This document shows positions 1 to 11,453 of a stretch of 64,000 nt of DNA, piece after piece. The position numbers and the translations under genes are program-made. The stretch spans positions 15,004,001 to 15,068,000 of the forward strand of contig OX597836.1 of the NCBI GenBank assembly GCA_951406725.2. Reading direction: 5' to 3'. The stretch comes from Octopus vulgaris. Its lineage: Eukaryota. The first letter of the stretch is position 1. Each line of letters starts with the position of its first letter. The notes under the pieces are model-generated. The model ran no database searches, was not told the origin of the DNA, and was given only the letters and a program-made list of their open reading frames with translations.

Positions 1-661
1 GTGTAGTTCTCAAGTTTTTGGAAAAATTTCAAAAACTGCCAGTATGATAGTCATGTTAAGAGAAGATGTGGATTTCAGTCCCATGGGCAGCCTTTGACTT
101 CTTTTCCATCCAAAAGGGTTTTTAGCTCTATGATACAAACTTTCTAAAATGGTCTAATTCTTTAGCATTTAAACCAGCCATATCCAGCCAAAATATTATA
201 CCTATGTAATCTTCAAACTGGCTAGATTCAACCTCTCATACCTACCATACAATGTCATTCTAAAAATAACCAGTCATATCGTTAAAATCTCAAAGCTATG
301 AGATAATGCATGATTAATTCAAAACAATGTCAATAAATAAGAATTGTACTTGTCAAAGAAATCTGAATACTAATTGGCTAAATTAAAACTTCCCGTCATA
401 ATTTCATGTTAATTTATGTTCCAAACGCTAGCTTAATAACGACAAAGTTATTTTACTAAATTTTTCCTTATCATTAAAATTGTGACTAGCAAGACACGCC
501 TGATTAATTGGTGTGATATTCAGGCTGCATGCTGTCCCATATTAAAACCAACTCCAAACTGTGTATTTATAAACATTTATCTATACATCTGCATATCAGA
601 ACATTTACATAATTATGCAGAAGCTTGTATTTCAGTCTGGAGAATGGAGTTCATACATGCT

Positions 662-1069
662 TCTTTACTCTTTACTCTTTTACTCTTTTACTTGTTTCAG
701 TCATTTGACTGCGGCCATGCTGGAGCACCGCCTTTAATCGAGCAACTCGACCCCGGGACTAATTCTTTTGTAAGCCCAGTACTTATTCTATCGGTCTCTT
801 TTGCCGAACCGCTAAGTAACGGGGACATAAACAAACCAGCATCGGTTGTCAAGCAATACGAGGGGGCCAAACACACACATGCATAGATATGTATATACAT
901 ATATACAAGGGGCTTCTTTTCAGTTTCCGTCTACCAAATCCACTCACAAGGCTTTGGTCGGCCCGAGGCTATAGTAGAAGACACTTGCCCAAGGTGCCAC
1001 GCAGTGGGACTGAACCCGGAACCATGTGGTTGGTAAACAAGCTACTTACCACACAGCCACTCCTGCGCC
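662..1069 (-). mobile_element. tRNA-derived SINE family A, full length
   Basis: head GGCGCAGGAGTGGCTGTGTGG with B-box-like GGTTCAGTCCC, internal (TA)n, (AGTAAAAG)n tail; more than 15 copies or fragments in the window. Confidence 0.88.
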
Positions 1070-1734
1070 TCTTTCTCTCTTTTAAGAATGCTTGTTGTTC
1101 TTGTTCTTGTTCCAACCATAGCTGCATCTGCGTAGTTATTTGTGTTGTTGTTTACTTTGTAAAGCAGTAAGGGGAGACGGTTTTACTTGGATTGATGGGT
1201 CTTCTCAAGAACAGCATAATGCCAAATGGACTTGGTCATTGCCTCCGTGAGGCTCAACACTTGAAGAACGGCATAATGCCAAATGGTCTCGGTTGTTGCC
1301 TCAGTGAGGCCCAGCACTCGAAAAGTGCTTTTATGTGCCACAGGCACGGGTGCCATTTGTGTGATCCACATTTTTACCATATGATCCCCTAACAAAATCC
1401 GATAATAGGTATAGATGCAAATCTAATTACTTGTCCTAACTTGACAACAAGGTCGAGGTCAGCTCTGATTGGCTGTATGCAAATGAGTTCAATACTAGGG
1501 TCCGGAACTCTCGAAAAAAATTTTCGCGGCCAGGAGTAGAGAAGGTGTCATTGATGACAAAAGGATTCTGACAAACATAACTGATTAATCGACTGAACAA
1601 TTGATCAAAAATTCGATTCGTTGTTTAAATGGTTAACTAATTAATTAATGATAATAAAAGAAGTGAAATTGAAGCAGTGTATGTGTTTATTAATGCTATA
1701 ATGACCATCCTTATAAACAAAAAAAAATAATGGA

Positions 1735-2073
1735 AGACCCCCTTCGGTCATGACACAGACCATAGGATTGCACCTAGAAAGTTACCCTCCGAAGTACAAG
1801 TCCGGACAAGGTTGTTTATGGAAGGCCAGCAGTCGCCCATACATACCAGCCTCCCTTCTCCACACCACTGATGTTTTCCAAGGGAAAGGCAAAGGAGCCG
1901 ATACAGCTTGGCATCTGTGATGTCACAACTCATTTCTACAGCTGAGTTAACTGGAGCAACGTGAAATAAAGTGTCTTGCTCAAGAACATAACACGCAGCC
2001 CGGTCCGGGAATCGAACTCACAACCTCACGATCGTAAGCTCGACGCTCTAATCACTGAGCCATGCGCCTTCAC
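1735..2073 (-). mobile_element. tRNA-derived SINE with CORE-like middle region
   Basis: head GGCGCATGGCTCAGTG..GTTCGATTCC (A and B boxes) followed by TTCTTGAGCAAGACACTT; relatives at about 50396-50690 and 52878-53120. Confidence 0.8.
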
Positions 2074-2272
2074 AATAAAAATAATAGAAATTCAGTTAGC
2101 CCCTAGTTCGTCCACCCGGAATACAGAGTAAAAGTCGACTTTTTTCTCCTCACACCGTCTTTCATTCATTTATTGGCGGTATATTCAATGTTGTTATATA
2201 ATCAACCACTTGCACTTTTGTCTCACCTTATTTTTTAATAACGAAAACCTTCAGGACGTTTTTAATTCAATT

Positions 2273-2300
2273 ATGAAGAATATTTCGAAGATTCCGAAAA
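2273..2300 (+). CDS. MUTYH: Tentative MUTYH start exon (MKNISKIPK, phase 1)
   Basis: ATG at 2273, donor A|GTACGT at 2301; phase 1 matches the exon at 6260; non-repetitive context. No homology support. Confidence 0.4.
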
Positions 2301-2700
2301 GTACGTATCTATATCAGTGTCTTTTATGTATATATATATATATATATTTGCAAGCACACACATAAATATAGGTAGTTTGACAGATTTTAGCCTAACTATG
2401 CAAGTGTGTCCCCCACCGACTTTGTTTCTTTATAACTTTCTGAAAACTGGAAATTTTTTTAAGAAATTTTACAGAGATGCATTTTAGATGATGTAGATTA
2501 CGGTGATTTTGGGATTTGTTGCGAATAATTGTTTTAGGGTGTTGAAAGGATTAGTTTCCCTTTACATTTTGATCAGACCTGTACAATTATCCGTCCCTCC
2601 CACCTTTTTTTTTTTTTTATCACATTAAATTACGATGTAATCGCAATCTACACCATCTGAAACGTACTTGTTGACAGTTTCATTAGAATATAGGTTTATC

Positions 2701-3170
2701 GGTACTACTTAAGAAGAGTGGTCCCGGTGCGCGCACTCGCGCATCCGCGCTAGCGAGTCGTGACTAGCCGATCCTTACTTTTTATTTTTGTGTTTTATTT
2801 ACTTTGTTTAAAAAAATTATTTACTTCGTGTTTTTGTGTTTTATATATTTTGTTATAAAAAAAATTAGGCGATGCTTCGACATATGTACACACGTGACTT
2901 TATTTACATTTCTGAAGATAACAGAAACCCTTTTCTCCCACCCCTAACACAAACCCTAACCCTCCCCCATATATAAAAAAAAACACTTTTTTGAAATGTA
3001 TCCGGTACTTACACCGGTACATATACCGAAGGTTCGCCAAAAATTATTTATTTTGTGTTTTATTTACTTTCCTAGGTAGTCGTTGTAGGATCGTCTAGTC
3101 ACGACTAGCTAGCGCGGATGCGCAAAGTACACGAGTGCGCGCACCGGGACCACTCTTCTTAAGTAGTACC
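2701..3170. mobile_element. MITE with long TIRs and 8-bp TSD (Merlin-like)
   Basis: perfect 39-bp TIR GGTACTACTTAAGAAGAGTGGTCCCGGTGCGCGCACTCG, extending imperfectly to about 85 bp; TSD GGTTTATC at 2693-2700 and 3171-3178; GGNRM terminus. Confidence 0.88.
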
Positions 3171-3430
3171 GGTTTATCCATCTTTCAGAAAGTTATGAAG
3201 GGAAAAAAGCGGTGGGGTGTTGGGTACACACTTGTAGTTATACCCATATTTTAACGGAGTTTAGTTACTCAAACTGTTGCACTGCATGGAAAAAGAAAAG
3301 GGTACAAGAGAAGGGGGATAGATAAAAATGTAAAAGAAAAAAAAATTACAATTTTTGGAAAAGAAATTATTTTCAGAATTGTAATTTCCGCTATCTAAAA
3401 TAACAGGAATTTTAGGAAATGAAAAAAAAA

Positions 3431-3837
3431 GGCAATCTTTCGTCTCTAGTAGACCTTTCCGTCGATTTCCGTAAAAAAAATTTTTTCTTTTTCTTGCGGG
3501 AACTTTTGAAGTAATGAGAGCGAAAGACACTAAGAGAAAGCGATTGTATGACGAGGGAAGTTCTTTTGAAGTTACCGTGCATGGGAAGCATTGATGTATA
3601 TGTGTGTTTGATGGGGTGTGGGAGACAGGCAGTATGTTGTGTAAGTGAAGTGCTTCTGTTAGTGTGTGTGAAGAGACAGAGAGAGTAATGTGTGAAAGAA
3701 AGAGATAACTGAAATTTTTTACTCGGTGTATGTGTATATGTATGTATATTACTTCAAAAGTTCCCGCAAACCCATATGTAAAAAAAATTTTTTTTACGGA
3801 AATCGACGGAAAGGTCTACTAGAGACGAAAGATCGCC
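3431..3837. mobile_element. MITE with about 55-85-bp TIRs (GGCRATCTTTCGTCTCTAGTAG...), Merlin-like terminus
   Basis: inverted termini seen directly; flanked by a 66-bp direct repeat. Confidence 0.82.
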
Positions 3838-4657
3838 GAAATTATTTTCAGAATTGTAATTTCCGCTATCTAAAATAACAGGAATTTTAGGAAATGAAAA
3901 AAACAATATCTCCTTTCCCATGAGATGTGGGACTTTGAAGAACAGTTATCCTAAAACTCCACTTATTTTTTGTTGTAAGTTCTTAAGCCCCAGATACGTA
4001 GTCACAAATCTATTAAAAGTAGTCCAACTGGGGTCGTCCCATCTTTGTTTTAGTAACTAGGGCTATGTTATTATGCATGTCGTTCTTATTTAAAAACAAA
4101 GCAAAGCGGTAGTGCTTACACTAGGAGGAAGATTTGCCTGCTATTTCTCGCACGTTGAGTGATCAAGGTCCATACGACCCCTACTGGTCCATATAAGATT
4201 GAGTCCATATAAGGCAAGGCGGCGAGCTGGCAGACTCGTTAGCACGCCGGGCGAAATGCGTAGCCGTATTTCGTCTGCTGTTACGTTCTGAGTTCAAATT
4301 CCGCCGAGGTCGACTTTGCCTTTCATCCTTTCGGGGTCGATAAACTAAGTACCAGTTACGCCCTGGGGTCGATGTAATCGACATAATCCGTTTGTCCCCT
4401 CTGTGTTTAGCCCCTTGTGGGCAGTAGTGAAATACATAGTGAAATACATATAAGATTGAGTGGGGGACACGTTTGCAAAATAGTAAATTTGGGACACATA
4501 ATTGTATATTAAGGGTCGATGAATAAACTTTGCTTTAGATGTATTTTTGGCAAGAAACAGCATGATTTCTTTCTCTAATGTTTTACATTGTTCGGCCTAC
4601 ACAAAATAGGGAATTTTAAAAGAAATATCTATGAAACTAATTTTTAAACATCAAATA

Positions 4658-5059
4658 GGCGCAGGAGTGGCTGTGTGGTAAGTAGCTTGCTAACCAACCA
4701 CATGGTTCCGGGTTCAGTCCCACTGCATGGCATCTTGGGCAAGTGTCTTCTGCTATAGCCCCGGGCCGACCAATGCCTTGTGAGTGGATTTGGTAGACGG
4801 AAACTAAAAGAAGCCTGTCGTATATATGTATATATATATATATATGTGTTTGTGTGTCTGTGTTTGTCCCCCTAGCATTGCTTGACAACCGATGCTGGTG
4901 TGTTTATGTCCCCGTCACTTAGCGGTTCGGCAAAAGAGACCGATAGAATAAGTACTGGGCTTACAAAGAATAAGACCCGGGGTCGATTTGCTCGACTAAA
5001 GGCGGTGCTCCAGCATGGCTGCAGTCAAATGACTGAAACAAGTAAAAGAGTAAAAGAGT
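4658..5059 (+). mobile_element. SINE family A, full length, flanked by a 119-bp direct duplication
   Basis: family consensus; flanks 4539-4657 and 5060-5178 are identical. Confidence 0.9.
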
Positions 5060-5380
5060 ATGTATTTTTGGCAAGAAACAGCATGATTTCTTTCTCTAAT
5101 GTTTTACATTGTTCGGCCTACACAAAATAGGGAATTTTAAAAGAAATATCTATGAAACTAATTTTTAAACATCAAATAACAATGGGGGTTCACCAGAATG
5201 AAATAGTAATCAAAGGGATCTATTGGTAAAAAAAAATGGTTGTGAACCACTAACGTAGAGGCTCCTATGTTGGTACAAGTGTGATGATGGTGGTGTGGCT
5301 GGCCTCTCATTCCTACACTACAATGTCATTTTAAATATAAGCAATCACATCATCAAAATCTCAAAATTACAAAATAAATC

Positions 5381-5838
5381 ATTCGCCAGCCTCGTCTGGC
5401 ACCTGTGTTAGTGGCACATAAAAAACACCATCCGAGCGTGGCCGTCTGCCAGCCTCGTCTGGCACCTGTGTCGGTGGCACATAAAAAACACCATCCGAGC
5501 GTGGCCGTTCTCTAGCCTCGTCTGGCACCTGTGTCGGTGGCACATAAAAAACACCATCCGAGCGTGGCCGTTTGCCAGCCTCGTCTGGCAGCTGTGTCGG
5601 TGGCACATAAAAAACACCATCCGAGCGTGGCCGTTCGCCAGCCTCGTCTGGCACCTGTGTCGGTGGCACCTAAAATCACCCACTACACTCTCGGAGTGGT
5701 TGGCGTTAGGAAGGGCATCCAGCTGTAGAAACACTGCCAGATCTGACTGGCCTGGTGCAGCCTTCGGGCTCCCCAGACCCCAGTTGAACCGTCCAACCCA
5801 TGCTAGCATGGAAAGCGGACGTTAAACGATGATGATGA
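5381..5838 (+). mobile_element. Family-B retroposon: tandem ~63-bp monomers, conserved body and (GAT)n tail
   Basis: about 4.6 near-identical 63-bp units at 5381-5670; body GGTTGGCGTTAGGAAGGGCATCCAGCTGTAGAAAC; more than 12 copies in the window. Confidence 0.85.
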
Positions 5839-5987
5839 AAGCATGATTAATTCAAAACAATGTGAATATATAAGTTTTGCATTAGACAGAGAAGTCTGAA
5901 TGCGAAAGGGTAAAAATTTGAGAGACGGCACCAGAACAGGTTTTTTTATTGTAGAGGCCAATTCAGCCATTCGGGGAAGTAGTTTAA

Positions 5988-6207
5988 CCCTTTAGCATTT
6001 AAACTGGCCATATCCGGCCCAAATTTTCTACTTCTTTTATGTTCAAACCATCTAGATCTGGCCTCTCACTCATATCCTACAATGACATCCTCAAAATAAA
6101 CCATCTCATCATCAAATTCTCAGAACTACAAGATAATGCAGGATTAACTCAAAACAATGTGAATGAAAAAGCTTTATATTTGACAGAGTAACCTGAACGC
6201 TAAAGGG
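5988..6207. mobile_element. piggyBac-type MITE
   Basis: TTAA|CCCTTTAGCRTT...AACGCTAAAGGG|TTAA; decayed relatives at about 160-380, 32063-32285, 36500-36630, 38820-38915. Confidence 0.82.
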
Positions 6208-6259
6208 TTAAACTTTGCAACCACTTGGAATTACGATTTTGTTTTTTTGTCTCTTCCAG

Positions 6260-6387
6260 AAAATTCCATAAAGACAATTGCTCTCACGAAATATCATGAT
6301 TTCACCGAAGAAGAAGTTACCAGCGTACGACAACAGTTATTGCAGTGGTATGGCAGAAATAAACGAGATTTACCTTGGAGAAAACAG
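6260..6387 (+). CDS. MUTYH: MUTYH exon (NSIKTIALTKYHDFTEEEVTSVRQQLLQWYGRNKRDLPWRKQ)
   Basis: ttccAG acceptor, CAG|GTAGAG donor; MutY N-terminal LLxWY..KRDLPWR motif. Confidence 0.93.
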
Positions 6388-6420
6388 GTAGAGTTTTGAA
6401 AATAGTCTTCTGTAATGCAT

Positions 6421-6585
6421 AGGCGCAGGAGTGGCTGTGTGGTAAGTAGCTTGTTTACCAACCACATGGTTCCGGGTTCAGTCCCACTGCGTGGCACCTT
6501 GGGCAAGTGTCTTCTGCTATAGCCTCGGGCCGACCAAAGCCTTGTGAGTGGATTTGTAGATGGAAACTGAAAGAAGCCCGTCGTA

Positions 6586-6623
<38 letters not shown>

Positions 6624-6802
6624 TGTGTGTCTGTGTTTGTCCCTTAGCATTGCTTGACAACCGATGCTGGTGTGTTTATGTCCCCGTCACTTAGTGGTTC
6701 GGCAAAACAGACCAATAGAATAAGTACTGGGCTTATAAAGAATAAGTGCCGGGGTTGAGTTGCTCGATTAAAGGCAGTGCTCCAGCATGGCCGCAGTCAA
6801 AT
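6421..6802 (+). mobile_element. SINE family A
   Basis: family consensus, 33 bp downstream of a MUTYH donor site. Confidence 0.85.
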
Positions 6803-6936
6803 GCTGGTGGCACGTAAGAAGCACCAACCAATCGTGGTCGTTGCCAGCCTCCTCTGGCCCCTGTGCCAGTGGTATGTAAAAAGCACCCACTACACTCACA
6901 GAGTGGTTGGTGTTAGGAAGGGCATCCAGCTGTAGT

Positions 6937-7955
6937 AACACTGCCAGATCAGATTGGAGCCTGGTGCAGCCTCATGGCTTCCCAGACCCCAGTTGAACCA
7001 TCCAACCCATGCTAGCATAGAAAACTGACATTAAACGATGATGATGATGATGTATATATATATAGGCACAGGCATGGCATTATGGTAAGAAGCTTGCTTC
7101 CCTTTGGGAGCACCTTTAGCCCGCACACAGGATCCCGAATGGCCTCTGCAGATAGCTGTGGAGGTCACAACATTGCCCATGAATAGGCTGAAGGGACTCA
7201 ATGAGGAATATTGCTTGTACCTGGGCGATGCCGACACGGTACCCACTTTGATCTTGAATGAGGCATGGGTGATGGTGGAGTATGCGGACACAAGCGGTGT
7301 TGAGGAGGATTAGTGATAAGAGGTTGAAAAGCCTCGGTGTTATTGGAAGTTCCGAGTGTGGAAAGAAAGGTAAGAGGCTTAGCACCTCATTTTGTTATCA
7401 AATATTGGGAACAGTGTAGAGGTTTTCCCGAGAACATTGATCTCTATATTGTTCATGAGGTAACAAACCTCTACACTGTTCACAATATTCGATAACAAAA
7501 GGAGGTGCTAAGCCTCTTACCTTTCCTTCCAAACTCGGAACTTCCAATAACACTGAGGCTTTTCAGCCTCTTATCACTAATCCTCCTCAACACCGCTTGT
7601 GTCCGCATACTCCACCATCACCCATGCCTCATTCAAGATCAAAGTGGGTACCGTGTCGGCATCACCCAGGTACAAGCAATATTCCTCATTGAGTCCCTTC
7701 AGCCTATTCACGGGCAACGTTGTGACCTCCACAGCTATCTGCAGAGGCCATTCAGGATCCTGTGTGCGGGCTAAAGGTGCTCCCAAAGGGAAGCAAGCTT
7801 CTTACCATACTGCCACGCCTGTGCCTATAGATATACATTATCATCATCATCATCGTTTAACGTCCGTTTTCCATGCTAGCATGGGTTGGACGGTTTGACT
7901 GGGGTCTGGGAAGCCATGAGGCTGCTCCAGGCTCCAGTCTGATCTGGCAGTGTTT
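6937..7955. repeat. About 1-kb palindrome (arms about 6937-7425 and 7465-7955; 39-bp spacer)
   Basis: arms are reverse complements; mirrored ORFs 7104..7313(+) and 7577..7786(-). Confidence 0.93.
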
Positions 7956-8045
7956 CATCATTTTCATTTCATATAACATTATGTCTACATTCAGCCTGCT
8001 GCTTCCTTTCTGTGTGTAAGGCCTTATGGCCAATATAATGAAATA
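7103..8045 (+). mobile_element. Truncated retroelement inserted in a SINE-A head with a 16-bp TSD, later disrupted by an inverted duplication
   Basis: AAGAAGCTTGCTTCCC at 7087-7102 and 8046-8061; the SINE resumes after 8061; ORF end followed by TAG TGA TAA. Confidence 0.7.
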
Positions 8046-8139
8046 AAGAAGCTTGCTTCCCAACTACATGGTTCTGGGTTCAGTACCACCATGATTTTAT
8101 TGACCAGGCCAATCCTGTATGTAGATAACTTCAAAACAA

Positions 8140-8410
8140 TATAGCATTCAGGACCCACATTTTACTACCATGTAGCACAGTTGTTTGTACACAAAAATCT
8201 TACAATCTGAACTTTCTCCATCTTGTTCTTATCCTAGCAACTATACTGCGAGAATATTCTCCTCCATCTCTAATTAGATCATCTAAGGAACAGAAACTAT
8301 TTACTACCTCTGGGAAACCTCCTGTGCATTTGAGAAAATCTATTTCCTGTGTGCTCTTGGTGCATATTGCTCCTGTGCATCTTCCACATACAGCCTTCCT
8401 CAGTGGCACT
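8140..8410 (-). mobile_element. RTE-like LINE ORF fragment
   Basis: VCGRC...EVVNSFCSLDD...SIVARIRTRWRKFR resembles the RTE RT thumb region. Confidence 0.6.
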
Positions 8411-8782
8411 TCCATGCCTCTTTCTCTTCAGAATCATTAAATCCAAGTCTGTCCTCATCCATCTGCACATCCTCATCACTTACAACATTTGGAGCAGTCT
8501 GGTATGCTTCTGGCTTCTGACCCTCACACCATAGAATAGTCACAAAACATCTTTCTTTCTGTTTCTCCCTTCGCTGTGCACACCTGTTACTTAGCTTCTC
8601 ATCAAATTTCCTAATATAATTCTTCACTGCTTCCATTTCTCTGTGTGTGTGTGTTTATGCATACACATGCATGCACATCTTAACCACCTGGTCACAGACT
8701 GCCCAACACTGACCTATGCTTGACTGTTAAGTTAAAAGTACAAGTGGCAACAACTTGTAGATATATGTATGTACTAATAACC

Positions 8783-8783
8783 A

Positions 8784-8857
<74 letters not shown>

Positions 8858-8872
8858 CATACATATATATAT

Positions 8873-8929
<57 letters not shown>

Positions 8930-8934
8930 TATAC

Positions 8935-8967
<33 letters not shown>

Positions 8968-9024
8968 CATACATATATATATATACACACACACACACAT
9001 AGATACATACATATACATACATAC

Positions 9025-9055
<31 letters not shown>

Positions 9056-9056
9056 T

Positions 9057-9089
<33 letters not shown>

Positions 9090-9102
9090 CACACACACAT
9101 AG

Positions 9103-9133
<31 letters not shown>

Positions 9134-9136
9134 TAT
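8783..9136. repeat. Compound (TA)n/(CA)n microsatellite
   Basis: seen directly. Confidence 0.95.
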
Positions 9137-9622
9137 AAATAGCCCAGTTAGTCACAGACTGTTTCACATTGATAAAGCCTGATTACTAACAATTTATTAA
9201 AAGTACAAATCACACAATCAAGAAAGCTCAGCAACTTTTTGGTGATTCATCTTTTAATCCAAACAACCTGACACCTGTTCATCATATTAATATCAGATCC
9301 ACTGCAGCGTTTCACTAAAGATATTCATATTTTCCAGACATAAATAAAGTGGAGTTGAAGCAATAAGAATGGAAAAGGCCTTGATCAAAACTAGGTCGTT
9401 TTTACAGGCCATTTACACCTGTGTCTTTTGCTGTTTTCTCCTCACCTTTTAAAAATTGAATATTAATCATTGGTCAGCAAGGTGGCCTGTACCTTAGCAA
9501 TTCTTAACCTGGTGGAGCGGGGAGAGAATTTAAGGGTTCTAAAGAGGAAATTATTTTTGTTGGGGTTTAAAGAAATTTGTTACTGTAATCTTCATATTTT
9601 TTGCTAAATTCATTATAGTAAC

Positions 9623-9664
<42 letters not shown>

Positions 9665-10995
9665 TCCTTTCTACTATAGGCAGGTGAAATACTTAGCAGT
9701 ATTTCATCTGTCTGCATGCTCTGAGTTTACATGTTGCTGACAGGTAATGTCATCCTTTCGGGGTTAAGATGAGATAAGTATCAGTTGAGTACTGGGGTCA
9801 ATGTGATTGACCATCCCCTTCCTCCAAATTTCAGGCCTTGTGTTTATAGATGAAAAGATTATTATTCTTCTTCTTCTTCTTCTTCTTCTTATTATTATTA
9901 TTGAATGAGAGAGCAGGGCATGCCATCAAAGGAAAATACACGAAGCCCACTGGGTAAAATACACGAAGCCCAGTATACCCATCATGACTACCCGCCTGAT
10001 AAGGGTTCACCAGGTACATGCATCACAACCATATGTGCACAACATGGTGATCTCATATCAAGATAAACAGCACATGACCTTGCAGATGGGGCCCAGTTAG
10101 AATTTTCTTCTGGTCGAGTAACCCATCCCACTCAAACGGTCCCTGAATAAGGGTTGTTTAAGGATGTTGAACAAAACACCCATGTTTGCAGAGGTGAATT
10201 ATTCAAACCCCCAAAGAATCCCTCTCAACACATGGCTATGATGCTCCCCCACTACTTCTGCTCGTGATCAGAAATGCACATATCGTCAGCCACTAAGGGA
10301 CATACTCAACTGGTTAAGGTCAAACAACTGACAAGCAAATCTGTGGTATTGAGCAGAATATTTGCTGTAGCCCATCTTTTATACCAAGACAAAGCAATGT
10401 ACATGATAACACTTCCAATCAGTTAAGATCAGAAGCCACGAGAGCCACTGCCTGGTACTACATCAGGGCATATTGTTGTTGTTGTCGTCGTTGTTGTTCA
10501 GCAGTCCCATTTCATCCTTTCAGAGTTGATAAAATAAGTACCAATCAAGTCCTGAGGTCGATGTAATCAACTTCCCTACTCTTCAAAATTGTTGGCCTTG
10601 TACCAAAATAAGATAAGATTATTAGATGCTGGGGTAAAGTGTAGATGATGAGCTGATAAAGAGAAGGGGAAAAAAGTATTGATCATGGCTCTATATATTC
10701 TCTTGACTGGCTAGAAATAACAGCCAAATTTCACTGAAATCACACTCTTACAAACTTAAAAGAACACTTTTGTGGGGGTATGTAAAACCTGGTATGCAGA
10801 TAGATGGAATGGTCATGGCTGAAACACTTTGATCATTGGTCTACTTTATCCGGACTAACCTGGGATTAAATAACATCAACAATAATAAGAGGGGAGTGTC
10901 ATGTTATTTATGTGTACCCAACACTTTCCAGGGTACCTTGTTTAATGAAGATAACCATTCAGTTTTTGGGTTCTAGAATTCTTTTGTTCTTGCAG

Positions 10996-11032
10996 GATTC
11001 AACTGAAGATGCCAACAAAAGAGCTTATTCCG
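10996..11032 (+). CDS. MUTYH: MUTYH exon (DSTEDANKRAYS)
   Basis: ttgcAG / GTGAGT; phase 0 to 1 links the flanking exons; RAY motif. Confidence 0.9.
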
Positions 11033-11453
11033 GTGAGTACCATTTCCCTCTCTTCTTCTGTCTTTAAGTTTGTGTATTCTTATATGCTTACTCATAAACA
11101 TACACACACATAGTGAAAGAAAATTCATGTTTATGTATACCCTGGTCTTAGAATAAAAACATAATAGTATTCTTATTTTTTTATTGCCCACAAAGGTCTA
11201 AACATAGAGGGGTAAACAAGGACAGACAAAGGGATTAAGTCGATTACATCAACCCCAGTGCGTATCTGGTACTTAATTTATCGATTCTGAAAGGATGAAA
11301 GGCAAAGTCGACCTCAGCGGAATTTGAACTCAGAACATAACGGCAGATGAAATACCACTAAGCATTTCATTCAGCATGCTAACAATTCTCATTTCTTTAT
11401 TGCCTTTTGTTTTTCTCCCCTCTAATTCTCTGAGTCTAAGTAATCTAAGAATA

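Noticed and set aside
2941-2962. Telomeric CCCTAA motifs
   Set aside because: Only two units, inside a MITE; not an interstitial telomere array.
5381-5670. CRISPR-like regularly spaced repeats
   Set aside because: Units are near-identical along their whole length (no unique spacers), belong to a dispersed eukaryotic retroposon, and no cas genes are present.
8692-9167. Stack of overlapping ORFs (also 25137-25860, 41536-41892, 43879-44281, 58994-59533)
   Set aside because: Translations of di- and trinucleotide microsatellites.
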